A stretch of DNA of 64,000 nt from Pseudomonadota bacterium. Lineage in GTDB: Bacteria; Pseudomonadota; Gammaproteobacteria; Xanthomonadales; Rhodanobacteraceae. A program made the position numbers and the translations under genes. Shown in pieces: positions 8,960 to 19,400 of this stretch. Positions within the stretch are counted from its first letter, which is position 1; each line of letters starts with the position of its first letter. The DNA lies in the NCBI GenBank assembly GCA_040388785.1, contig JAZKBD010000011.1, positions 16,401 through 80,400 on the forward strand, in the 5' to 3' direction. Under the pieces are notes generated by a model, which saw only the letters and a program-made list of their open reading frames with translations, was not told where the DNA came from and searched no databases.

Positions 8960-10441
8960 ATGAGCCGGCTGGTCATCGTCGTGGAAAAAGCCTCCGACTG
9001 GGGTTCGTATTACCCGTCGGACAACGTCGTCACCGCGATGCAGTATCTGCGCGAGCCGGTGGGCGGCGACGAGCGCACCCATGTCGTCAACCTGTGCCGC
9101 AACTACAAGTATCTCGGGATCGGGCATTACGTCTCGCTGCTGGGCGAGGCGCGCGGACATCGCGTGATCCCGTCGGTGCGCACCATCAGCGACCTGCGCA
9201 AACGCGCGCTCTACAACCTCGACGTCGAAGACCTCAACCAGAAACTGACGCATTTCCTGCCCGCCGGTGGCCAGGACACCACCGACCTTGGCATCCTGGT
9301 CTACTTCGGCGTCACGTCGTATCCCGCGCTGCAGGATCTGGCGCGGCAGGTGTTCGAGACATTCCCGTGCCCGCTCTTGCGCATCGAATTCGAGCGCGAC
9401 CGCGTGTGGCAGATCAGCGCGATCAAGCCGGTCGGGCTGCATACGCTGGACGACGCGCAGGAAGATGCTTTCGCGCAGGCGCTGGATGCATTCTCGCGGC
9501 GCTTGTGGCGCAAGCCGCGCGCGCGCAAGCAGTTCCGCTACGACCTCGCGATGCTGGTGAATCCCAGGGAAGCGATGCCGCCGTCGAATGCGCGGGCGCT
9601 CAAGCAATTCATCACGGCCGGCAAGGACCTTGGCATCGAAGTCGACCCCATCCAGAAAAACGACTATCCGCGGCTTGCCGAATACGACGGCTTGTTCATC
9701 CGCGAAACCACCGCGCCCGACGACCACACCTACCGCTTCGCGCACAAGGCCGAACGCGAAGGCATGATGGTGATCGACGATCCGACCTCGATCCTGCGCT
9801 GCACCAACAAGATCTATTTGAACGACCTGTTGCGCGCGCACAAGATCGCGCTGCCGCGCTCGGAGGTGCTGTACCGGGAAGATCCGAAACAGCTGCGCGA
9901 GCTGCCGGAAAAACTCGGCTTCCCGCTGGTGTTGAAGATTCCCGATGGTTCGTTTTCGCGCGGCGTGATCAAGGTGGACGACCAGGAACAGCTCGCCAAG
10001 GCGGCGGCGCATTTGTTCCAGAGCACGGCGCTGCTGATCGCGCAGGAATTCCTCTACACCGAATTCGACTGGCGCATCGGCGTGCTCAACCGCAAGGCGC
10101 TGTACGCCTGCAAATACTTCATGTCACGCGGACACTGGCAGATCTACAACCACAGCGCGCGCGGCAGCGCGCGTTCCGGTGGTTTCGAGTGCCTGAAGAT
10201 CGAGGATGCGCCGGCTGACGTCATCAAGCTGGCGTTACGCGGCGCCGCGGCGATCGGCAACGGCCTCTATGGCGTGGACATCAAGCAGACGCATGACCGC
10301 ACGGTGCTGATCGAGGTGAACGACAACCCTTCCATCGATGCCGGCGTCGAAGACGCCGAACTGGGCGACGAGTTGTACCACCGCGTGATGCGCGAGTTGC
10401 TGCGGCGGATGGAGGCGAAGCGGAACGGCGTGGTGGCTTGA
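8960..10441 (+). CDS. RimK-family ATP-grasp ligase with a long N-terminal extension
   Basis: The C-terminal ATP-grasp region reads FPLVLKIPDGSFSRGVIKV...LIAQEFLYTEFDWRIGVLN...LYGVDIKQTHDRTVLIEVNDNPSID. About 190 extra N-terminal residues precede it. Confidence 0.75.
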   Translation: MSRLVIVVEKASDWGSYYPSDNVVTAMQYLREPVGGDERTHVVNLCRNYKYLGIGHYVSLLGEARGHRVIPSVRTISDLRKRALYNLDVEDLNQKLTHFLPAGGQDTTDLGILVYFGVTSYPALQDLARQVFETFPCPLLRIEFERDRVWQISAIKPVGLHTLDDAQEDAFAQALDAFSRRLWRKPRARKQFRYDLAMLVNPREAMPPSNARALKQFITAGKDLGIEVDPIQKNDYPRLAEYDGLFIRETTAPDDHTYRFAHKAEREGMMVIDDPTSILRCTNKIYLNDLLRAHKIALPRSEVLYREDPKQLRELPEKLGFPLVLKIPDGSFSRGVIKVDDQEQLAKAAAHLFQSTALLIAQEFLYTEFDWRIGVLNRKALYACKYFMSRGHWQIYNHSARGSARSGGFECLKIEDAPADVIKLALRGAAAIGNGLYGVDIKQTHDRTVLIEVNDNPSIDAGVEDAELGDELYHRVMRELLRRMEAKRNGVVA

Positions 10442-10448
10442 AGCAGCA

Positions 10449-10766
10449 TCAGGCCACGCGTCGCGCGTGTCCGCCCTGACGCGTGCCGGTTTTGCGACGC
10501 CGGACGGCCTGCACGTTCGTGGATTGAATCGAACGAACTTGGCGTCGTGGTGTTGCTTCGGCTCGCAGCGGGAACGCACGCCTCGCAATGAGCAGCAGGG
10601 CGGGCGCCGCGACCAGCCAGAACGCGGGCGACCAGCCCAGCGTCGCATCGCACCAGGGCAGCGGCGTCAAGCCGAACAGCACGACGCCGCAGGCCAGCCA
10701 GGTGGCGGCGGCGAGGGTCAGGGCGTCGTACCGGGGTGTCGGTTCGGAACGGGCGTGGCGGCGCAT
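10449..10766 (-). CDS. Hypothetical small membrane protein (2 predicted TM helices)
   Basis: The first ~65 codons from ATG 10766 have high GC3. Hydrophobic segments: LTLAAATWLACGVVLFGL and WSPAFWLVAAPALLLIA. I recognise no family. Confidence 0.35.
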   Translation of the reverse strand: MRRHARSEPTPRYDALTLAAATWLACGVVLFGLTPLPWCDATLGWSPAFWLVAAPALLLIARRAFPLRAEATPRRQVRSIQSTNVQAVRRRKTGTRQGGHARRVA

Positions 10767-10956
10767 GGCGGACTCCGGTTCGGGTGGTGACGCGATCCTG
10801 CGCGGCCGCCGTCTCACGGATCGGGACAAGTTGTTGCGATCATCCCTGATCGCTGCTTCGCCGAGCATGGCGTGTACCGGCCACACTCGTGAGTTCGTGA
10901 CGTCCACCACGGCCTTCCATGGCCTGACTTTTCACGAAAGCTTCTAAACTGCGACG

Positions 10957-11793
10957 ATGATCGCAGTCAGCCGCTACGCCGTTTTCGGCCATCCCATCGC
11001 GCACTCGCTGTCGCCGCGCCTGCATGCGTTGTTCGCGGAGCAGGCCGGCATCGCCATCGAGTACACCGCCATCGATGCCGCGCCGGGCAGATTCGAACAG
11101 GCAATCCGCGAGTTCTTCGCACGCGGCGGCCGCGGGGCGAATGTCACCCTGCCGCACAAGGCTGCCGCGTTCGCGCTCGCGAACGTGCACGCGCCGATGG
11201 CGCAGCGGCTCGGCGTCGCCAACGTGTTGACGGTTCTGCCCGATGGTCGTATCGAAGCCGACAGCAACGACGGCGCCGGCATGCTCGCGGACATGCGTGG
11301 CCGGCTCGGGCTCGATCCGCGTGGATGCGATGTGCTGCTGCTCGGCGCCGGCGGCGCGGGACGCGCGGCGGCGTTCGCGTTGCTCGATGCCGGCGTACGC
11401 TCCCTGGCCGTCGCCAACCGCACGCACGCACGCGCGCAGGCATTGGCTGCCGCGCTGTCCGCACCGGAACGAGCGCGTGCCGTCGCATGGCCTGCACTCG
11501 ACCATTGCGGACCGTTCGATCTGATCATCAATGCGACTTCGGCGGGCGTGCAACATGCCGCGCTCACGCTGCCGCGCTCTTTGACAAAAACACACACGGT
11601 CGCCTACGACCTGAGTTACGGCCCGGCCGCGCGGCCGTTCGCTGAATGGGCGCAAGCGGCCGGATGCGCGGCCGCAACCGATGGCCTGGGCATGCTGGTG
11701 GAAACCGCCGCGGCCTCATTCGCGCGCTGGCATGGCGTGCGGCCGGACGCGGACGCCGCGCTCAAAACGCTCCGCGCAGGTATTCGTCCTTGA
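10957..11793 (+). CDS. aroE: Shikimate dehydrogenase
   Basis: YAVFGHPIAHSLSPRLHALFAEQAGI, RGANVTLPHK, and the NAD(P) loop LLLGAGGAGRAAAFAL. Confidence 0.9.
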   Translation: MIAVSRYAVFGHPIAHSLSPRLHALFAEQAGIAIEYTAIDAAPGRFEQAIREFFARGGRGANVTLPHKAAAFALANVHAPMAQRLGVANVLTVLPDGRIEADSNDGAGMLADMRGRLGLDPRGCDVLLLGAGGAGRAAAFALLDAGVRSLAVANRTHARAQALAAALSAPERARAVAWPALDHCGPFDLIINATSAGVQHAALTLPRSLTKTHTVAYDLSYGPAARPFAEWAQAAGCAAATDGLGMLVETAAASFARWHGVRPDADAALKTLRAGIRP

Positions 11794-12301
11794 CGCGGAC
11801 ATAGTGGTCCGCCGAGTACTGCAACGCTTCGATTTCGCCGTCGCTCAACGTGCGCACGCAACGCGCGGGATTGCCGATCCACAGTTCGCGTTCGCCGACG
11901 GTCTTGCCGGGCGCGATCAGCGCGCCGGCGCCCACGAACGCGTGGCGCCGTACCACCGCGCCGTCCAGCACCGTCGCATGCATGCCGACCAGGCAGCAGT
12001 CGCCGATCGTGCAGGCGTGCACCACCGCGCCGTGGCCGATGGTGACATCCGCGCCGATGAGGCAGGGCGAGCCGCCGGGCGTGTACGGACCGTCGTGGGT
12101 CACGTGCAGCACCGCGCCATCCTGCACGTTCGTGCGCGCGCCGATGCGGATGCGTTCCACGTCGCCGCGCACCACCGCCGCGGGCCAGATCGACACGTCA
12201 TCGCCGAGTTCGACGTCGCCGATCACCGTGGCGGCGCGGTCGATGTACACGCGCGCGCCGAGCTTCGGCAGCACGCCCCGGTATTCCCGCACGTCGGCCA
12301 T
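11762..12301 (-). CDS. Gamma-class carbonic anhydrase / hexapeptide-repeat family protein (YrdA/PaaY-like)
   Basis: MADVREYRGVLPKLGARVYIDRAATVIGDVELGDDVSIWPAAVVRGDV... shows left-handed beta-helix hexapeptide periodicity. Start at ATG 12301. Its 3' end overlaps the aroE 3' end by 32 nt. Confidence 0.85.
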   Translation of the reverse strand: MADVREYRGVLPKLGARVYIDRAATVIGDVELGDDVSIWPAAVVRGDVERIRIGARTNVQDGAVLHVTHDGPYTPGGSPCLIGADVTIGHGAVVHACTIGDCCLVGMHATVLDGAVVRRHAFVGAGALIAPGKTVGERELWIGNPARCVRTLSDGEIEALQYSADHYVRVKDEYLRGAF

Positions 12302-12441
12302 CGCTGCGCCTCTTCGAAACCGTCGAACGGTCATCGTAGCGGTCGGGCGGCGCGCGGGAAATGCGGACCAGGCCGTGCGACTTCGCAAGCTTGATTTCGG
12401 CGGAGAGGAACGCCACGCTGTGGAATCCACCGGAGCCCTGC

Positions 12442-14487
12442 ATGTCCACCGAAAACCCCCTGCTCAGCGACGCCGCCTTGCCCGCGTTTTCGAAGATCGA
12501 ACCCGCCGACGTGGTGCCCGCGATCGACGCGATCCTGGCCGACTACCAGGCCGGCATCGACCGGCTGGCCGCGGCCGGCGCACCCGGCGATTTCGCGCAC
12601 GTGATGCTGGAGCAGGAACGGCTCGACCAGCGCCTGTCGCGCGCCTGGGCGCCGGTGTCGCACCTGCACGCGGTCGCGGATACGAAAGAACTGCGCGCGG
12701 CCTACGAGCAGGCCGAGGAAAAGATCACCGATTTCGCCAGCGCGCTGGGCCAGGACCGCGCGCTGTACGCCAAGGTACAGGCGGTCGCGGACGCGCCGGA
12801 TTTCGCGCAGCGTTCGCTGCCCGAGCGCGCGCTGGTCGAACATGCGCTGCGCGATTTCAAGTTGTCGGGTGTTGCGCTGGAAGAACCCGCGCGCACGCGT
12901 TTCCGCGACATCGCCAACGAGCTTTCCAGGCTCACCACGGCGTTTTCCAACGCGGTGCTGGACGCCACCGATGCGTGGCAGGAGCACATCCAGGACGAGC
13001 GCGACCTCGCCGGCATTCCCGAATCCGGCCGTGCGGTGCTGCGCGAATACGCACGCGAGCACGAACTCGACGGCTGGCTGGTGACGCTGAAGCAACCGGC
13101 GGTGCAGGCGGTGCTCACCTATGCCGACAACCGCGGCTTGCGCGAACGCGTGTACTGGGCCTACCAGACGCGTGCATCCGACCAGGGGCCGGATGCCGGC
13201 AAGTTCGACAACTCCGAACGCATGGAGAAGATCCTCGCGCTGCGCCACGAGGCCGCGCAATTATTGGGCTTCGCCAACGCGGCGGAAGAATCGCTGGCGA
13301 CCAAGATGGCGGAAACACCGAACAAGGTACTGGCGTTCCTGCGCGACCTGATCGCGCGTGCCAAGCCGGTCGCGCAGCGTGAGCTGGAAGAACTGCGCGA
13401 TTTCGCACGCAGCGAACTCGGGCTGGAAGCGCTGGAATCCTGGGATGTCGCGTACGCGTCGGAAAAACTGCGGCTCGCGCGTTACGCGCTCGACGAGGAA
13501 CAACTGAAGGCGTATTTCCCGCTGCCCTCGGTGATGGACGGGATGTTCGCGCTGGCCGGCAAGCTGTACGGCATCACGGTCGAACCCGCGCGGGAGCCGG
13601 TGGACGTGTGGCACCCCGACGTGCGCTATTGCGAAGTGCGAGACGCCAATGGCATGCCGGTCGCGGGCGTGTACCTCGATCTGTACGCGCGCAGCGGCAA
13701 GCGCGGCGGCGCCTGGATGGACGTGTGCCGCGCGCGTTTCCGCGATGGCGACGGCGTGCAATTGCCGATAGCGTTCCTCACCTGCAACTTTGCGATGCCG
13801 AGCGGCGAATGCCCGTCATTGCTGACCCATGACGACGTGCAGACGCTGTTTCACGAATTCGGCCATGGCCTGCACCACATGCTCACCCGCATCGACCTGC
13901 CTTCGATCGGCGGCATCGACGGCGTGGAATGGGATGCGGTGGAACTGCCAAGCCAGTTCATGGAGAACTTCTGCTGGAACCGGCAGGCGCTGGATCTTTT
14001 CGCGAAACACTGGTCGACGGGTGCAGGACTGCCCGACGACCTGTTCGACAAGATGCTCGCGGCGCGGCATTTCCAGGCCGGCATGTTCCTGTGCCGGCAA
14101 CTGGAATTCGGCCTGTTCGATTTCCTGCTGCATGCGGACTACGATCCGGCGCGCGGTGCGCGCGTGCTGGAAACGCTGGAAACCGCGCGACGCGAAGCTG
14201 CGGTGCTGCATCCGCCGGCGTGGCAGCGGTTCCCGCACGCGTTCACGCACATCTTCGCGGGCGGCTACGCGGCGGGTTACTACAGCTACCTGTGGGCCGA
14301 GGTGTTGTCGGCGGACGTGTTCGGCGCATTCGAGGAGCACGGCGTCATCGATGCCGCGACGGGTGCGCGCTTCCGCGACGAATTCCTCGGCGTCGGCGCC
14401 AGCCGTCCCGCGCTGGAAAGCTTCGTGGCGTTCCGCGGGCGTCCACCGCAAGCCGATGCGCTGCTGCATTCCTATGGACTGCAGTGA
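12442..14487 (+). CDS. prlC: Oligopeptidase A (M3 family zinc metallopeptidase)
   Basis: HEFGHGLHHMLT zinc motif, ~680 aa, with M3 family sequence throughout. Start at ATG 12442 (MSTENPLLSD). Confidence 0.9.
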   Translation: MSTENPLLSDAALPAFSKIEPADVVPAIDAILADYQAGIDRLAAAGAPGDFAHVMLEQERLDQRLSRAWAPVSHLHAVADTKELRAAYEQAEEKITDFASALGQDRALYAKVQAVADAPDFAQRSLPERALVEHALRDFKLSGVALEEPARTRFRDIANELSRLTTAFSNAVLDATDAWQEHIQDERDLAGIPESGRAVLREYAREHELDGWLVTLKQPAVQAVLTYADNRGLRERVYWAYQTRASDQGPDAGKFDNSERMEKILALRHEAAQLLGFANAAEESLATKMAETPNKVLAFLRDLIARAKPVAQRELEELRDFARSELGLEALESWDVAYASEKLRLARYALDEEQLKAYFPLPSVMDGMFALAGKLYGITVEPAREPVDVWHPDVRYCEVRDANGMPVAGVYLDLYARSGKRGGAWMDVCRARFRDGDGVQLPIAFLTCNFAMPSGECPSLLTHDDVQTLFHEFGHGLHHMLTRIDLPSIGGIDGVEWDAVELPSQFMENFCWNRQALDLFAKHWSTGAGLPDDLFDKMLAARHFQAGMFLCRQLEFGLFDFLLHADYDPARGARVLETLETARREAAVLHPPAWQRFPHAFTHIFAGGYAAGYYSYLWAEVLSADVFGAFEEHGVIDAATGARFRDEFLGVGASRPALESFVAFRGRPPQADALLHSYGLQ

Positions 14488-14539
14488 AGCTGTCATGCGC
14501 CGCTGCCATAATCCGGCGCGATTGAAACAGGCCTGACTC

Positions 14540-16354
14540 GTGCAGACGCATTCCTGGCTGGCATCGGTGCTGGTGTTCCTGGTCGCGGTGGTGATCGCGG
14601 TGCCGCTGTCGCGCAAGTTGAAGCTCGGCTCGGTGCTGGGCTACCTCGCGGCCGGCGTGGTGATCGGGCCATACGGCCTGAAGTGGATCCAGAATCCCGA
14701 CGCGGTCGCGGGCGTTTCGGAATTTGGCGTCGCGTTGCTGCTGTTCGTGATCGGCCTCGAACTTTCCCCGCAACGGCTGTGGGTGATGCGGCGCGCGGTG
14801 TTTGGCGCGGGCACGCTGCAGGTCGCCGGTTCGGCAGCGGTGATCGCGCTGATCGCGGTGTTCGGTTTCCACCTGGAACCGGTGACCGCGATCGTGGTGG
14901 GACTGGGCCTCGCGTTTTCATCCACCGCGTTCGGTTTGCAGATACTGGCGGAGCGGCGCGAGCTGCAGAGCCCGCACGGACGCCAGGCGTTCGCGATCCT
15001 GCTGTTTCAGGATCTGGTGGCGATTCCGTTGATTGCCGCGATCCCATTGCTGGCCGGTCACGCGGGTGCACACGCAACGAACGTCCCTTCCTGGGTATCG
15101 GCGCTGCGCGTCGCCGGCGTCATCGCGGTGGTGGTGGTGGGCGGCCGCTACGCGCTGCGGCCGGTGTTCCGCGCAGTCGCCAGGACGCAACTGATCGAAG
15201 TCTCCACCGCGGTCGCGCTGCTGGTGGTGATGGGCGTGGCGTGGCTGATGCAGCTCGCCGGCATCTCGATGGCGCTGGGCACCTTCCTCGCGGGCGTGCT
15301 GCTGGCCGATTCGGAATACCGCCACGAACTCGAATCCAATATCGCGCCGTTCGAAGGTCTGCTGCTCGGCCTGTTCTTCATCACGGTCGGCATGGGCGTG
15401 AACCTGGCATTGCTGGAACAGCACCCGTGGGTGATCGCCGGGCTGGTGGTCCTGCTGCTCGCGTGCAAGGCGCCGGCACTGGCGCTGGTGGGCCGGATCA
15501 ACAAGCGCATGGGCAATGCCGACGCGCTGAAGCTGGTCGCGTTGCTGGCGGGCGGCGGCGAGTTCGCGTTCGTGGTGTTCAAGCTCGCGCACGAGCAGGG
15601 CTTGTTGTCGACGATGCAACACGGCGTGCTGGTGCTGGTGGTCACGCTGGGCATGGCCGCGGTACCGCTGCTGGTGCTGGCGGCGGCAAAGCTGCCCCAA
15701 CCGAAAGCGCCGGTGCGCGAATACGACACCATCGACACCGGCGCGCCGCGCGTGGTGATCGCGGGCTTCGGGCGCGTCGGCCAGATCGTGGGACGCCTGT
15801 TGCGCGCGCGCGGCATTCCGTACGTGGCGCTGGAAAGTTCCATCGAACAGGTCGACCTGTCGCGCCGCTTCGCCGGCACCGAGATTTTCTTCGGCGATCC
15901 GACCCGCGCGGAAATCCTGCGCGCGGCCGGTGCCGGCAAGGCCGACGTGTTCGTGCTGGCGACCGACGATCCGGATACCAACGTGCGCACCGCGCGCATC
16001 GTGCGGCGGATGTACCCACACCTCAAGATCGTCGCACGGGCGCGCAACCGCCAGCATGCATTCCGGCTGATGGACCTGACCTCCGATCCCGACGACGTGG
16101 TGCGCGAGACGTTTTACTCCAGCCTCAAGATGGCGGCGCTGACGCTGAAGGCACTGGGCATGGACAAGGAGCAGGCGCGCGCGGTGGTGGAGCTGTTCCG
16201 CGAACACGACGAACGGCTGCTGCGCGACCAGCACCTGGTGTACGACGATGACGTCGCGCTGCGCCAGACCACGCGCGAAGCCTACGAGGAACTGCAGGGG
16301 CTGTTCGAAGCCGATACCGCGCGGCGGCAGGAAACGGCAACCGACAAGGTGTGA
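14540..16354 (+). CDS. CPA2 monovalent cation:proton antiporter, KefB/KefC-type K+ efflux protein with C-terminal RCK/TrkA-N domain
   Basis: About 380 aa of polytopic membrane domain, followed by the Rossmann loop VVIAGFGRVGQIVGRLLRARGIPYVALE. GTG start at 14540. Confidence 0.85.
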   Translation: MQTHSWLASVLVFLVAVVIAVPLSRKLKLGSVLGYLAAGVVIGPYGLKWIQNPDAVAGVSEFGVALLLFVIGLELSPQRLWVMRRAVFGAGTLQVAGSAAVIALIAVFGFHLEPVTAIVVGLGLAFSSTAFGLQILAERRELQSPHGRQAFAILLFQDLVAIPLIAAIPLLAGHAGAHATNVPSWVSALRVAGVIAVVVVGGRYALRPVFRAVARTQLIEVSTAVALLVVMGVAWLMQLAGISMALGTFLAGVLLADSEYRHELESNIAPFEGLLLGLFFITVGMGVNLALLEQHPWVIAGLVVLLLACKAPALALVGRINKRMGNADALKLVALLAGGGEFAFVVFKLAHEQGLLSTMQHGVLVLVVTLGMAAVPLLVLAAAKLPQPKAPVREYDTIDTGAPRVVIAGFGRVGQIVGRLLRARGIPYVALESSIEQVDLSRRFAGTEIFFGDPTRAEILRAAGAGKADVFVLATDDPDTNVRTARIVRRMYPHLKIVARARNRQHAFRLMDLTSDPDDVVRETFYSSLKMAALTLKALGMDKEQARAVVELFREHDERLLRDQHLVYDDDVALRQTTREAYEELQGLFEADTARRQETATDKV

Positions 16355-16426
16355 AGCACGTTGTCAGTGCGGGTCAGGGATGATCCGCCGCGGATCGAGC
16401 ACAGCAGGTACTTGGTCCGGCGACAT

Positions 16427-19400
16427 TCAAGTGCTCGGATGTGTCATCACCGGTGTCACCACCGGTGCATTGAGCGGCACGCCGCGGCGCGGCGCCAGTT
16501 CCATCGCGAGGTCGATGTAGCCGAGCACATTCGCGACATCCGATGGCGTGCGCTGCATGCAATCACGCGCCTCGCGGTTGGCGCCACGCTGCAGCAGCAC
16601 GCGCGCGGGTTCGAAGGTCGCGTGCATCGCGCAGGCGTGCAGCGCGGTGACGCCGTGTTCGTCGGGGTGGTCGAGGTTCGCGCCCGCGTCCAGCAGCGCC
16701 GGCAGCAGCGCGCCGAGATGCGTGCCGTCGCAATCCGCGCCGGGCTTAGTGTGCACGCCCAGCAGCACCAGCAAGGGCGTCGCGCCGCTGCGGTCGGCGG
16801 TGTTCAAGTGCGCCGCGTCCTGCAACAGCGCATCGAGCAGGCGGCGGCAGCGCAGGCTGTCGCGGCTGTCGAAGCAGAAGCGTGCGGCCGCGTGCAGCGC
16901 GGTCTGGCCGCGTGCATCGACGAGGCCGGGCTGCGCCCCGAGTTCGCGCAGCACCGCCACCATGTCGGGGTAACCCAGCGCGGCGGCGATCATCAAGGCG
17001 GTCACGTCGTCGGCGTGGCGCAGATCGACCGGCACGCCCGCGGCGACCAGCGCGCGCGCGATGTCTGGCTGGCGCGCGCTGACGGCGGCCGACAACGACG
17101 ACGCGCCGGTGTCCACCGTGAGTTTGGGATCGGCGTGCGCGGCCAGCAGCCGTTGCACGCTTTGCAACGCGCCCGCGCCGCTCGCGCGCAGCAACGCGGT
17201 GGCGCCGCGGCCGTCGCGCGCGTCCACCGGCAGGCCGAGTTCAAGCAGGCGCGCCACCGCATCGGGATCGGCGGCCGCCGCGGGCAGGTCTTCGTCGCGC
17301 AGCGGACGCCTGGGCAGCGCCCAGTCGTTCCAGCGCAACCAATGTTCGAGTCTGGTCGCGTCGCGCGCGAGCGCGAGGCCCAGTGGCGTTTCGCCGCTGG
17401 CGGCCGGGCTTTCCGGATCGGCGCCGTGCGCGATCAGCGCCTTCACCAGCGGCAGTACTTCGTCGGGCTTGCCGTCCAGCGCGACGTGCAGGGGTGTTGC
17501 GCCCGCGCGATCACGCGCGTTGGGATCGGCGCCGCGCACGAGCAGTGCGCGCAACACCGGCAGCATGCCCGGACGGCTGGCGTGGTGCAGCGGCGTGCGA
17601 TGGTCGGCATCGGCACCGAACGCGTCGGCGCCGCGTTCGAGCATCGCCAGCGCGAGTGCCGCGCCTTCGCCGCCATCGAGGCGCGCGAGCGCCTGTGCGA
17701 AGCGTCCCGCGCCCGCGGGCGTGGCACCGGCGTCGAGCAGTTGGCGCACCGCGGCAATCGAGGCCGGCAGGTGATCGAGCAGTGCATCGAACAGGCGGCT
17801 GCCGTCGTCGAGGCGTGCTTCGCCGTCGAGGCCCTGCTCCAATAGACCCTGCTCCAATAAACCATGTTCCAGCAGCCACGCGCGCGGCGCGGCGTCGGCG
17901 TGATCGGCGAGATCGAGATACAGCGCGGCGAGTTCGGTCGCCGGCCACGTGCGCACGCGCTCCTCGAACCGCGCGACGACGCTCCAGTGCGCGAAGCGCA
18001 GCGCGTCGAGCAGGTGCTGCGGCGTATCGGCGCCGGGATCGGGCTCGTTGCCGCGTGCGTGGCTGGCGGGCAGTGCCGCATCGGGATCCATCAGCGCGAC
18101 GAGATCCCAGCGCCCGGCGGTGCTGGCCTGGTCGATCGCGCTGCGGCCGTCGCTGCCTTTGCGCGCCGGGTCGGCGCCCAGTTCCAGCAGCGCGCGCACG
18201 CAGGCCGCGTTGGCGCGCGGCGACTGGCATGCCAGCATCAGCGCGGTGCGGCCGTGCTGGTCGCAGGCGTTCACGTCGGGATTTTTCTCGGCGAGCAGCG
18301 CGACCACGCCCGCCGCGCCCGCGCGCGCGGCTTCCATCAGCGGCGTGGTGCCGTAACGATCGGCCAGAGACACGTCCGCGTTGGCGTCCAGCAGCACGCG
18401 CGTGATCTCGACATGGTTCTCGCGCGCCGCGTGCAGCAGCGCGCTGCGGCCCAGCGCATCGACCGCGGTGGCGCGGCCCTTGTGCTTGAGCAGGATGCGC
18501 ACGCCTTCCGGGTCGTCGTCGGCGATGCCTGCCGCGGCCGGCATCGCGGCGTCGGCGTGCGCGCCGTGCTCCACCAGGAAACGCAGCACCGGCCAGTTCG
18601 CGGAGGCCGCCGCGACCGCGAGCGGCGTCGCCTGTTCGCGATTGCGGGCTTCCAGCGGCGCCTGCGCATCGACCAGGATCGCCGCGACCGCGGGCTCCGC
18701 GCACAGCGCGGCGTGGTGCAGCGGCGTGTTGCCGTCGACGTCCGCGCGCGCCGGATCGGCGCCATTCGCGATCAGGCTGGTCACCATTTCGGGGCGGCCT
18801 GCGTGGCAGGCGCGCGTGGTCGCGAGCAGCGGCGTCAGGCCGGCGTGCGCGCGATTGACGTCGGCGCCTTTCGCGATGAGCGCGCGCAACAAGTGCGTGT
18901 CGGGCAGTTCCGCAGCCAGCACCAGCGCGGAACGCTGGTCGCGCGCGCCCGCGGGCGGGATCGCGTCCGGGTTGGCGCCTTGCGCGAGCCATTGCATCGC
19001 TGCCGCGGTATTGCCGCTGCGTGCTGCCGCCAGCAGGTTTTCATCCAGCACGGCTTGCGCGGGTGCGTCGGGGTTTGCCGCAACGGTTTCGGGGGTCCGG
19101 ACGGTATCGCTGAAAGCAATGGACGTTTCTTCGGAACGGCTGCTGTCGTCCATTGGCGGCCGTTCGGAAGACGGCGGCGTCGGCGGCCGTGGCGTGAAGG
19201 CGCGCACGCGGCCGTCGAACAGGAGACGCAGCGTGCGATCGGCGACGATCAGCGAACACAGCGGCAACACCACGACCGCGAACAGGAACAGCGAGGCCGT
19301 GCGGATTTCGTCGGGCAGGCTGGCACCGATGCCCGCTAGCGACAGCGCGCCGAATGCGATCGCGAGTTGCGCGAGCGAAGCCGGCAGGAAGTGCGTCAGG

